DNA of 64,000 bases from Planctomycetota bacterium (GTDB lineage Bacteria > Planctomycetota > B15-G4 > SIAN01). A program made the translations under genes and the position numbers. Of this stretch, positions 19,318 through 28,390 are shown piece by piece; the first letter of the stretch is position 1; the number at the start of each line of letters is the position of its first letter. A model generated the notes under the pieces. The model was not told the origin of the DNA. It searched no databases and saw nothing but the letters and a program-made list of their open reading frames with translations. The DNA is taken from the NCBI GenBank assembly GCA_031409275.1, contig JANNXA010000016.1:128001-192000 (forward strand), in the 5' to 3' direction.

Positions 19318-20655
19318 ATGAGCACCATCGGCCCCCGGACACGGAACGCGACCCGCTGGATGACCGGCTTGGGGATCGCCTTGCTCGCGCTGCTGCAGGC
19401 GTGCGCCACCGAAAGCCGCGTGCAGATCAGCTCGAATCCCGCCGGCGCACGCATCTTGATCGACGGCGCCGACTCCGGGCGCCAGACGCCGAGCAGCATC
19501 GTCCTGTCGACCAAGCGCGACAGCTACGACATCACGATCGAGAAGGCGGGCTACAACTCCGCCGGGCACGTCGTGCGGCTCGGCACCGACGTCGACGTGA
19601 TCGATGCCGACGAAGCGGTTTGCACGATCTGCGTCTCGCCGTGCTGCTGCTTCCTGCCGCTGCTGCGATTCCTCGATCCGGTCGACGTGCGCACGCGGTT
19701 CCGGCCGAGCGACTTGAACGTCGAGCTCGAAGTCGCCGGACAAGGGGCCCGCCTCGACATCACGCCGCCAAACGCCGAGGTCTACCTCGACGGCAACCTC
19801 GCCGCGCTGCTCGATGGCAACTACCTCGTCACCACGGTGGGCGACCATGCGCTGGAGATCCGCGCCACCGGCTACCGGCCGTGGACGCGCAGCCTGCGCA
19901 TCGACGAGCGCGTCTACCAGCGCCTCACCGTCGAGCTCGAGATCGAAGGACAGGGAGTGCTGGTGCGCGGCACGCCGGGTGGAGCGAGGATCTACCTCGA
20001 CGACCAGTTCCAGGGCGCTCTCGACGACGGAGCGCGGCGCGTACGGACCGAACCGGGCCCCCACCTGCTGCGCGTCGACGCCGAGGGCTTCAAGGGCTGG
20101 CAGGACGTGATCCAGGTCAACAGCGACCGCTACGAGGAAGTGGTGATCGACCTCGCGCTCGACGGCCAGGGCGTGCGCGTGCGCAAGCCTGAAGGGTTGC
20201 CGGCGCGCAATCCGGAGCTGCAGATCTTCCTCGACGGCCAGCTGCAAGGCAGCTCGTTCGACTTGCCGATCCGCACCAGCGCGGGCGAGCATGACGTCGA
20301 GATCCGAGTCGGCGGTCGCGAGACGCGGCGGCTGCGCATCAACCTCGCGCCCGGCCAGTTCCTCGACCTGCAGCCCGGGCCCAAGAGCGACCCCAAGGCG
20401 GCGCGCGCGCAGGCGCAGCTGTCCGGCGTCTGCATCTACGGCTCGCCCGAGATCGGCAGCGTCGCGCCGCAAGAGGTGCAGGTGCGCGTCGCGGGCGTGC
20501 TGGTCGGCCAGCGCCTTGGCGAGTTGATCGAGATGGCGCCGAGCCAGGAGGTCGAGATCGAGGTGGTGGTGCGCGGCTTCAAGCCATGGAAAGATCGCAT
20601 CGTCGTCGCCAAGGGTGGCGTGACCGAGATCTACCCGCGCTTCGAGAAGGAGTGA
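19318..20655 (+). CDS. PEGA-domain lipoprotein
   Basis: LQAC lipobox; ISSNPAGARILIDG, ITPPNAEVYLDG, GTPGGARIYLD repeats. Confidence 0.85.
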   Translation: MSTIGPRTRNATRWMTGLGIALLALLQACATESRVQISSNPAGARILIDGADSGRQTPSSIVLSTKRDSYDITIEKAGYNSAGHVVRLGTDVDVIDADEAVCTICVSPCCCFLPLLRFLDPVDVRTRFRPSDLNVELEVAGQGARLDITPPNAEVYLDGNLAALLDGNYLVTTVGDHALEIRATGYRPWTRSLRIDERVYQRLTVELEIEGQGVLVRGTPGGARIYLDDQFQGALDDGARRVRTEPGPHLLRVDAEGFKGWQDVIQVNSDRYEEVVIDLALDGQGVRVRKPEGLPARNPELQIFLDGQLQGSSFDLPIRTSAGEHDVEIRVGGRETRRLRINLAPGQFLDLQPGPKSDPKAARAQAQLSGVCIYGSPEIGSVAPQEVQVRVAGVLVGQRLGELIEMAPSQEVEIEVVVRGFKPWKDRIVVAKGGVTEIYPRFEKE

Positions 20656-20674
20656 GCCGATCGCGACGACACGC

Positions 20675-21883
20675 TTGCTGAACACGGCGTTCGAGCGCGG
20701 CCGCGCGCGATCGCGACGGGCGCCCTTCGGCGCGCTCGCCGCAGCAGTCGCGCTGGCCGGCTGCACCAGCACCGGCGAGGCCGGAACCGACGGCGCGATC
20801 GGCTTCTACCAGCGCTTCCTGGGCGACCAGTGGGCGTGGCACTGCGACTTCCAGCCGAGCTGCAGCAGCTTCGGCCGCCAGGCGATCGCCGAGCAGGGCG
20901 CGCTCGCGGGGCTGGTGATGACGGCGGACCGCCTGCAGCGCGACCATCAGTTCGACCGCGCCGAATATCCGCACGACGAATGGGGCCATCCGCTCGACCC
21001 GCCGGCGGCGCACGCGCTGTTCGGGCCGCGCGTCGAAGACGAGCCGTCCGCGCAGGATCCGCAGCTCGAGGCGGAACTCGCCGCCGCGCCGCCGCTCGCG
21101 CAGGACGACGCCGCGCAGGCCGCCTTCGCCGATCGGCTGTGGGACGCGCACGAATGGGCGCGCGCGCGCATCGAGTACGAGCGGCTCCTCTTCGCCCGAC
21201 CGACCACTCGCTTCGCGACGCACTGCCATCAGCGAGCCGCGCTCTGCCTCGCCAGGGTGCGTCGGCGCGGCGATGCGCTGGCGCACGTCGACAAGATCGC
21301 CGATGCGAGCGAGCGCGCGGCGACGCGCGCCCTCGTCGAGCGCGAGGTCGAGCGACCCGAGGCGGCGTTGCGAGCGGCCGACGTCGCCGGCGCGCCGCTG
21401 CTCGCCGGATTCCTCGCGCTCGAAGCCGAGCAATGCGCCGGCGCGCGCGAACGCTTCACGCCGTTGCCGGAGACGGTGCGCAGCGAGCTGCTCGCGACCG
21501 TCGATGCCATCGAGCAGCGGCCGCGCAAGTCACGGCTGCTGGCGGGCTCTCTGTCGGCGCTGCTGCCCGGCTCGGGACAGCTCTACATCGGCCGGCCGGG
21601 CGACGCGCTCGCCGCCTTCACCACCAACGCGATCCTGATCGGCGGCACGGTCGTCGCCGCGCGGCGCGATCAGGACGTGGCGGCGATCGCGCTCGGCTTC
21701 GTCGCCTTCGGCTTCTGGAACGGGAACATCTACGGCGCCGCCAACGGCGCGACGCTGCACGACCGTCGGCGCCGTGACGCGCTGCTCGACGAAGCGCGCG
21801 GTCGGCTGCGCCAGTCGGGCTTCTTCGGCGGCCTCGCCCCCGACGGCGACGGCGGCGCGCTCGGCATCTACTTCGGGTTCTGA
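20675..21883 (+). CDS. YidD-like (haemolytic domain) / TPR / TM2-like fusion lipoprotein
   Basis: LAGC lipobox; FYQRFL...CDFQPSCSSF...TADRLQR; TPR-like helices; KSRLLAGSLSALLPGSGQLYIG; C-terminal YFGF. Confidence 0.7.
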   Translation: MLNTAFERGRARSRRAPFGALAAAVALAGCTSTGEAGTDGAIGFYQRFLGDQWAWHCDFQPSCSSFGRQAIAEQGALAGLVMTADRLQRDHQFDRAEYPHDEWGHPLDPPAAHALFGPRVEDEPSAQDPQLEAELAAAPPLAQDDAAQAAFADRLWDAHEWARARIEYERLLFARPTTRFATHCHQRAALCLARVRRRGDALAHVDKIADASERAATRALVEREVERPEAALRAADVAGAPLLAGFLALEAEQCAGARERFTPLPETVRSELLATVDAIEQRPRKSRLLAGSLSALLPGSGQLYIGRPGDALAAFTTNAILIGGTVVAARRDQDVAAIALGFVAFGFWNGNIYGAANGATLHDRRRRDALLDEARGRLRQSGFFGGLAPDGDGGALGIYFGF

Positions 21884-21920
21884 GAGGACGGCGGCGGATC
21901 GAGCGCCGCGCCGCGAAGCC

Positions 21921-22979
21921 TCACGTCCAGCGGAAGATCTTGAGCGCGATGGCGAACCCGAGCCCGCCCCACGCGCCAAGGACGGCGAGCTGAGGAGCGG
22001 TGGCGGCGAGCGTGGCGCCATCGAGGATGACGGCGCGCAAGGCGTCGTTCAGCGCGGTGAGCGGCAGCGCCTTCACCAGCGGCTGCATCCAATCGGGAAA
22101 GTTGCCCGCCGGAAAGAAGACGCCCGAGAGCAGGAACATCGGCAGCGTCACCAGGTTCATCAAGCCGGCGGCCGACTGCGAGTTCTGCGCGCGCGACGCC
22201 ACGAGCAGGCCGACGCCTGAGAACGCGAGCGCCGACACCGACACCAGGACGGCCAGCGTGAGGTAGCTGCCGCGCGGCCAGAGCTTGAACGCGAGGATCC
22301 CGAAGAGGATCAGGAACAGCGCCTCGATCAGCGCGATCACGACTCGGAACAGCATGAACGAGAGCAGCAGGTCGCTGCGCCGCATCGGCGTGGCGGCGAA
22401 GCGCTTCAGCAGCTTGCGCGTGCGCATCAGCACCAGCGCCCAACCGACGCCCCAGACGCCGCCGCTCATCAAGTTCATCCCGAGCAGTCCCGGCAGCAGG
22501 AAGTCGATGTAACGCTGGCCGGGCGCCGTGACGACGTTCTCCTGCGTCGCCATGCGAGCTTTGGGGTCGTGCGCGAACTCGAGCGCGTCGCGCACGGCGA
22601 TCTCGGCGAGTCGGCTGCCGGCGCGGGTCGGATCGAAGGTGAAGCGCGGCGGGTCGCCGGGCTCGACGACCAGCAGCGCGCGACCAGAACGCAACAGCTC
22701 GGCGGCGGTGGCGGCGTCGACGCGGCGCGCCTTGAAGCCGTCGACCGCATCGATCGCGGCGGCGACGTCCGTGGCCGGCGCGTTCGTCGTCGAAAGCGCA
22801 GGTGCGTCGACGACCGCGATCGTGGCGACCTCGGGCGGACGATTGCGAAACGCCAGCCCGAGCGCGATCGCGAGCAGGATCGGGAAGCCGAACACCCAGA
22901 AGAGCACGCCCGGCTCGCGACGGAGCTCGCGCCAACGCGCGAGGAAGAGCTGCGCGAGCGGTCCTTGCGAGAAGGTCAC
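21921..22979 (-). CDS. ABC-2 type exporter permease
   Basis: RYIDFLLPGLLGM, LLKRFAATP, LSGVFFP..FPDWMQ. Confidence 0.92.
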   Translation of the reverse strand: MTFSQGPLAQLFLARWRELRREPGVLFWVFGFPILLAIALGLAFRNRPPEVATIAVVDAPALSTTNAPATDVAAAIDAVDGFKARRVDAATAAELLRSGRALLVVEPGDPPRFTFDPTRAGSRLAEIAVRDALEFAHDPKARMATQENVVTAPGQRYIDFLLPGLLGMNLMSGGVWGVGWALVLMRTRKLLKRFAATPMRRSDLLLSFMLFRVVIALIEALFLILFGILAFKLWPRGSYLTLAVLVSVSALAFSGVGLLVASRAQNSQSAAGLMNLVTLPMFLLSGVFFPAGNFPDWMQPLVKALPLTALNDALRAVILDGATLAATAPQLAVLGAWGGLGFAIALKIFRWT

Positions 22980-24010
22980 GACGCGACCTCCGGCTTGCGC
23001 CGGCGCGACTTCGCGTCGTGGACGCCCGCGACGCTCGCGGCCTGCGCCTCGTCGGCTCCGAGGCTCGTGCCGGTCAGCTCGACGAAGACGTCATCGAGCG
23101 TCGCGGTGCGAGTCGAGAGGCGGCTCGGCCGCGCGCCGCGCTTGCGCAGCTCGTCGATGACGAGCGGCAGCGTGGCGTGGATCTCATGCACCGTGAGTCG
23201 GAAGCCGCCGGGGTCGGGCAGGCAGGCGACGACGCCGGGAATCGCGGCGAAGAGCTCGGCGGGGAGCGGCGGCTCGCTGCCGACCTCGATGATCTGCTCG
23301 CCTCCCAGTCGCGCGATGAGCTCCGAGGGCGTGCCGAGCGCGATGATCTTGCCTTTGCGCATGATCGCGATGCGGTCGCAGAGCTTCTCGGCCTCCTCCA
23401 TGTAGTGCGTCGTGAGGAGCAGCGTGCGACCGCCCGCGCGCAGTCGACGCAGGATCTCCCATAGCGCACGGCGCGCGGCCGGATCGAGGCCGGTCGTCGG
23501 CTCGTCGAGGAAACAGAGTTCCGGGTCGGAGACGAGCGCGCATGCGATGGCGAGCCGCTGCTTCTGGCCGCCGGAGAGCTTCTCGACCCAAGCGTCCTGC
23601 TTGTCGATCAAGTCCACCTGCTCGAGGACGTCGGCGACCTCGAGCGGGTGGGGATAGAAGCTGCGAAACAGGCGCACGGTCTCGACCACCGAGAGCTTGT
23701 CGTAGAGCTCCGTTTCCTGCAGCTGGATGCCGATGCGCGCGCGCAGCTCGGTTGCGTGGCCGTCCCACGGCAGGCCGAGCAGCTCGACCTCGCCCGACGT
23801 CGCGCGCTGCAGTCCTTCGAGGATCTCGATCGTCGTGGTCTTGCCGGCACCGTTGGGGCCGAGCAGGCCGAAGCACTCGCCGGCTCGGACTTCGAGGTCG
23901 ACTCCATCCACCGCAGTGACCGCGTCGAAGCGCTTCACGAGGCCGCGGGTGCGGATCGCCGGGCGACTTGCCACCGGCGCGGCGATCGTCGGAGCATCGG
24001 GCGAGTCCAT
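22976..24010 (-). CDS. ABC transporter ATP-binding protein
   Basis: GPNGAGKTT, LSGGQKQR, FLDEPTTGLD, TTHYMEEA; start approximate. Confidence 0.95.
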   Translation of the reverse strand: MDSPDAPTIAAPVASRPAIRTRGLVKRFDAVTAVDGVDLEVRAGECFGLLGPNGAGKTTTIEILEGLQRATSGEVELLGLPWDGHATELRARIGIQLQETELYDKLSVVETVRLFRSFYPHPLEVADVLEQVDLIDKQDAWVEKLSGGQKQRLAIACALVSDPELCFLDEPTTGLDPAARRALWEILRRLRAGGRTLLLTTHYMEEAEKLCDRIAIMRKGKIIALGTPSELIARLGGEQIIEVGSEPPLPAELFAAIPGVVACLPDPGGFRLTVHEIHATLPLVIDELRKRGARPSRLSTRTATLDDVFVELTGTSLGADEAQAASVAGVHDAKSRRRKPEVAS

Positions 24011-24212
24011 CGCGGGGTCCCTCGAGCAGTCCATTCGCACGCGCCGCTCCGCGGCGTCGATGCGGTACAGCATGCCCCCGGCACGAGCCGCTCGAACCGC
24101 CTCTTTTTCTCGCACCCGCATCGGAGCGTCGTGGCGGCGAACGACGCGACGGCCGGGCCGCGATCCACGGGCTATCTTCGGCGCCGACATCGTCCCGCGG
24201 AGCCGCCGGTTC

Positions 24213-26540
24213 ATGTTCGACTCCTTGCTCACGCTGCTCGCGCTGTCGATGCCAACCGATCCACTGCCCCCGCTCCGCCACCACCCGCACGACATCATCG
24301 ACTGCGTCGAGCTCAGCCCCGACTACGGTCGCGATCGCACGTTGTTCGCGACGTCGAATGGAACCATCAATCTGGTGGTGAGGAGCTCCGACGGCGGCGT
24401 CACCTGGCGCGATTCGCGCAGCGGCGTCACGGGTCGCTGCGTCGACGCGATCGCGCTCGACCCGGGCTTCGGGAAGAACGGGCGAGCGTGGGCGGCGCTC
24501 GGCGAGGACGGCCTTGTCGCCAGCGACGATGGCGGCGTTTCATGGCGCGTGATCCCGTCGGGCGGGACCGCCCGCGTGCTGGCGCTGGGCATGCCGCGAA
24601 CGGACGCGACGGGCGATCGCGCCGGGCTGCCGACGCTCTACGTCGGAGGCAGCCACGGCCTGCACTCGATGCTGGCCGATGGCAGCCTGCCGGTGCCCAT
24701 CGCCCCTTCCATCTTCACGAAGCATCCGCCCACCGAGCTCGCGATCACCGCCGACGACACGCTCTTCGTCGCCACCGACAACAGCAGGTTGTGGCGACTC
24801 GACCGCGGGCGCAGGATCACCCGCGTCGCGCGCCTCGAGGCGGTGCGCAAGATCGCGCCGTCGCCCGCCTTTGCGACCGATCGAACCGTGTTCGTCGCCA
24901 CCTTCGGCCGCGGCGTCTGGGTGAGCCGCGACGCGGGCGACACCTTCACGCCGATGAATGACGGACTCGACGACCCGTTCGTGAACGACCTTGCGGTACC
25001 GCGCCGTTTCCCGGAGTGCCGAGAGCTCTTCGCGGTGACGAAAGACGCCGGCCTCTACCGCTTCGTCGACGGCAGCAATCGATGGGAACTCACGACGTTC
25101 GCGGTGCTCGAACGGACGTACCAGACGTCGAACCACCACCTCCAGGTACGGCTGGCTGCCGACTACCCGACGACTCCTGACGTCATCGTCGGGACCTTCG
25201 AAGGCCTCTTCGTCTCCAACGATCGCGCCGTCTTCACCTCGGGTTACGGGATGCTGCTCTCGACGTCGGACGACGCGGGGGAGAACTGGCGGTTCGGGGC
25301 GCGCGACGTGAGGGCGCTCAGCACCTACGCGCTTTCGGTCGCGCCCACCTGGCGCGACGAAGGGCTGATCGTGCTGGGGATCAACGAGGGGATCTGGCGC
25401 TCGCGAGACCGCGGCGCCAGCTTCGCGAAGGTCGACCTGCCGCCTCACCACCGTCTTGACGGTCCGCGCCGCGACCACGACATCTTCCAGGTCGCGTTCT
25501 CGCCCGCGTTCCAGGAGGACCGGACCTGCGCCGCGATCAGCTTCGGAGGCGTCTACGTGTCGAACGACGCTGCCGAGAGCTTCGTCACGACCGCTCCGCC
25601 CTGTGCGTGGCTCAAGGCCATCGCGTTCTCGCCCCTCTTTCCTGCCGACCGGACGATCTTCGTCGGCGGCGAATCGGTGCATCGATCCACGGACGGCGGC
25701 GCCACGTTCGAATCGGCGACGCTCCGAGAGCCGATCGATGGACTGTTGACCGCACGCGACTTCGGCAGTTCACGCCAGCTCTTCGCGATCAGCCGCGACA
25801 GCGGGGTCTTCCGATCCGACGACGGCGGACAACGCTGGACGAAGGCGAACCACGGCCTCGACGGCCATCGCCCATCCGCGATCGCGGAGACCGTCGACGA
25901 GGCGAGCCGCCCGACGCTCTTCCTGGCCACGTTGGGCGGCGGCCTGTTCATCTCGCACGATCGCGGAACGACCTGGCAGCGGCACGGGACACGCGACCAC
26001 CTTCTCCAGCACGTTCTCTCCATCGCGATCTCGCCGGCGTTCAAAGACGACGGGACGCTCTTCATCGGGACGCTCGACGGCGTCTGGCGCTCGCGGGATC
26101 GTGGCGCGACCTTCACCCTTTGCACGCGCCAGGAGGTCTACGACGACAACCGCGAGCCGTGGCAGGCTCGAGGCGGAACGTGGAGCAACTGGGGCCGGCC
26201 AGAGGCTTTCTGCATGACCGCGCACTTCGCGCGAGCGCCCGGCGCCGAGATGGAACTGCCATTCGTCGGCGACGGCGTGAAGCTGCTGATGATGCGAGGC
26301 CCCGAACTCGGCATCTCCGAAGTGCTGCTCGACGGCGCCGTCGTCGCGCGCATCGACCACTACGCGCCCGAGCGGCAGGGCGCCGTGCCGGCGTTCGAAT
26401 CGGCGAATCTGCCCTTCGGATTCCACCGGATCGTCGTGCGCGTCACCGGAGAGAAGAACGCGGCGTCGAGCGGCGTGCTCATCGGTGTCGATGCCGCCGA
26501 AGTGAGCTGCACCGCGCCCGAGCTCAAGTCGGCCCGGTAG
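24213..26540 (+). CDS. Secreted BNR/Asp-box beta-propeller protein with C-terminal carbohydrate-binding-like domain (paralog 1)
   Basis: Many SxDGGxTW boxes and SPxFxxDRT blades; C-terminal jelly-roll-like domain. Confidence 0.8.
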   Translation: MFDSLLTLLALSMPTDPLPPLRHHPHDIIDCVELSPDYGRDRTLFATSNGTINLVVRSSDGGVTWRDSRSGVTGRCVDAIALDPGFGKNGRAWAALGEDGLVASDDGGVSWRVIPSGGTARVLALGMPRTDATGDRAGLPTLYVGGSHGLHSMLADGSLPVPIAPSIFTKHPPTELAITADDTLFVATDNSRLWRLDRGRRITRVARLEAVRKIAPSPAFATDRTVFVATFGRGVWVSRDAGDTFTPMNDGLDDPFVNDLAVPRRFPECRELFAVTKDAGLYRFVDGSNRWELTTFAVLERTYQTSNHHLQVRLAADYPTTPDVIVGTFEGLFVSNDRAVFTSGYGMLLSTSDDAGENWRFGARDVRALSTYALSVAPTWRDEGLIVLGINEGIWRSRDRGASFAKVDLPPHHRLDGPRRDHDIFQVAFSPAFQEDRTCAAISFGGVYVSNDAAESFVTTAPPCAWLKAIAFSPLFPADRTIFVGGESVHRSTDGGATFESATLREPIDGLLTARDFGSSRQLFAISRDSGVFRSDDGGQRWTKANHGLDGHRPSAIAETVDEASRPTLFLATLGGGLFISHDRGTTWQRHGTRDHLLQHVLSIAISPAFKDDGTLFIGTLDGVWRSRDRGATFTLCTRQEVYDDNREPWQARGGTWSNWGRPEAFCMTAHFARAPGAEMELPFVGDGVKLLMMRGPELGISEVLLDGAVVARIDHYAPERQGAVPAFESANLPFGFHRIVVRVTGEKNAASSGVLIGVDAAEVSCTAPELKSAR

Positions 26541-26606
26541 TCACGATCCGGGGGCCGCGCCGCACACGGAGCCGACCGAAAGAGCCGCAGCACGGGGCCG
26601 GGGAAT

Positions 26607-28208
26607 CTAGTGCCCGTCGCCGCCGCGATCTTCCGTGCCATCGTCGGTGTAGCCGAGCGCGTCCATCTGCTTGCGCTCCTCGTCGGAGAGCTGGACTCCC
26701 TCGGGATCGGGTGGCGTCTTCGCGTACGCCGCGTCGACGAAGAGGTCGAGCTCCTCGCGCAGCGCCTCGAAGACCGCCGCCTCATCCTCGATGAGGTTCT
26801 TCGTCTCGCCCGGATCCGCCGCGACGTCGTAGAGCTCGTACTTCTTGCCGGACAAGAGCGCCGCCGTCTTCTGCGAGCCGATCTTGATGAGCTTCCACTT
26901 TCCACGGCGAATCGAGACGTCGTACTCCTTCGTGTAGCCCGACTCGACGAAGACCGGACGCGCGAGATCCGACGGAGCGCCGGAGTCGAGCCACGGCTGC
27001 AGCGACTGCCCCTCGAACTGCCATCCGTTCTGGACGTCGAGCAGGTCAAGCAGGGTCGGCGCGACATCCATCAGTGCGACCGGAGCCGCGACGCGGCGCG
27101 GTGCCCAATCGGGGTGAACGACCACCAGCGGAACGTGCGCGCAATCGTCGTATGGAAAGCGTCCGTGCTCGAAGAAGTAGTTGTGACCGCCGAGTCCCTC
27201 GCCATGGTCGGCCGTGAGCACGATCACGGTGCGGCTCAAGAGCTCCTGCGAGTTCATCCATTCGAGCAGCTTGCCGAGGTACTCGTCGAGGTAGCGGATG
27301 TCGCCGTCGTAGGCCGCGATGTAGTTGCGCAGCTGGTCCTTCTCTTTGACCCACGGATATCGGGCAGGGAAGTAGGCGTACGCCGGAATCATCCCGATGT
27401 CGTTCTGCTCCGGCGCGGCGGCGGCCGGGTTCTGCACTCGAGGATCGATCGCCATCGGAGCCGCGCTTCCCGCCTTCCAGTCGGCGTCACCGACGAAGAG
27501 CTCGAGGTGTCGCTTCGGCGGGATGTAGGGCGCATGCGGATCGAGGTAGTGCACCCACAGGAAGAAGTTCTTCGCCGGGTCGCGGGAGGCCAGCAACTCC
27601 TTCGCGCGCTCGGTGACGGTGTCGGCTCGACTCTCGGTGCCAGGGGTCACCACGAATCGATCGAAGCCCTGGTGGTACTGGAACTTCTCGGAGAGGCTGA
27701 TGTTCGAGACGACCCCCAGCGTGTTCCAACCCGCGCGCTGCAGCAGTTCCGGCAGCAGGTCGTAGTGCAACGGGACTTTGATCTTGAGCGTCTCGCGCAT
27801 CACGCCGCTGGTGGAGCCGTAGGTGCTGGTCAGCAGCGAGGCCATGCTCGGCCCGGTTTTCGGCCACTGGACGAGGCAGTTCTCGAACAGCGTGCCCTGC
27901 GCCGCGAGACGATCGATGCACGGCGTCGTCGGCCGGGAGTAGCCGTAGCTCGAGAGGTGGTCCGCCCGCAACGTGTCGATGGTGATCAGCAGCACGTTGA
28001 GCGGCGCGGGCGCCGGAGTGAGGTGCTCGGGCGAAGCGAGTCGCTGCCCGGCCGGCCGCGCTTGCGGAGGCGCCGCCACGGTCGACGCGTCTTTCCGCTC
28101 GGTTGCAGCACTCTCATCGGGAGTCGCCGTGCCCGCCTTCGTCGGCGAGCATCCACCTGCCAGGAGCAGCGCTCCGGCGGCGAACAGCGGCAAGCGACCA
28201 AGACGCAT
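26607..28208 (-). CDS. Sulfatase-like (alkaline phosphatase superfamily) lipoprotein, Thr at the nucleophile site
   Basis: NVLLITIDTLRADHL, KTGPSMASLLTS, HYLDPHAPY, TADHGE, ELYDVAADPGE. Confidence 0.85.
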   Translation of the reverse strand: MRLGRLPLFAAGALLLAGGCSPTKAGTATPDESAATERKDASTVAAPPQARPAGQRLASPEHLTPAPAPLNVLLITIDTLRADHLSSYGYSRPTTPCIDRLAAQGTLFENCLVQWPKTGPSMASLLTSTYGSTSGVMRETLKIKVPLHYDLLPELLQRAGWNTLGVVSNISLSEKFQYHQGFDRFVVTPGTESRADTVTERAKELLASRDPAKNFFLWVHYLDPHAPYIPPKRHLELFVGDADWKAGSAAPMAIDPRVQNPAAAAPEQNDIGMIPAYAYFPARYPWVKEKDQLRNYIAAYDGDIRYLDEYLGKLLEWMNSQELLSRTVIVLTADHGEGLGGHNYFFEHGRFPYDDCAHVPLVVVHPDWAPRRVAAPVALMDVAPTLLDLLDVQNGWQFEGQSLQPWLDSGAPSDLARPVFVESGYTKEYDVSIRRGKWKLIKIGSQKTAALLSGKKYELYDVAADPGETKNLIEDEAAVFEALREELDLFVDAAYAKTPPDPEGVQLSDEERKQMDALGYTDDGTEDRGGDGH

Positions 28209-28390
28209 CGGATGAGACCGCGGGTGGCGAAGGGCGCACGACGATTGGCGAAGCGAGCGGAGGATCGGCGGGAGTGTGCCTAGGGCTTGAAAGGGAGTCA
28301 AGGCGCGCCGCGCTGCGGTCGCGGGTGTCGCGTGGTCGATGGTCGAGCTATCGTCTCCACGTCTCCACCTGATGGGAAAAGGACACCACC

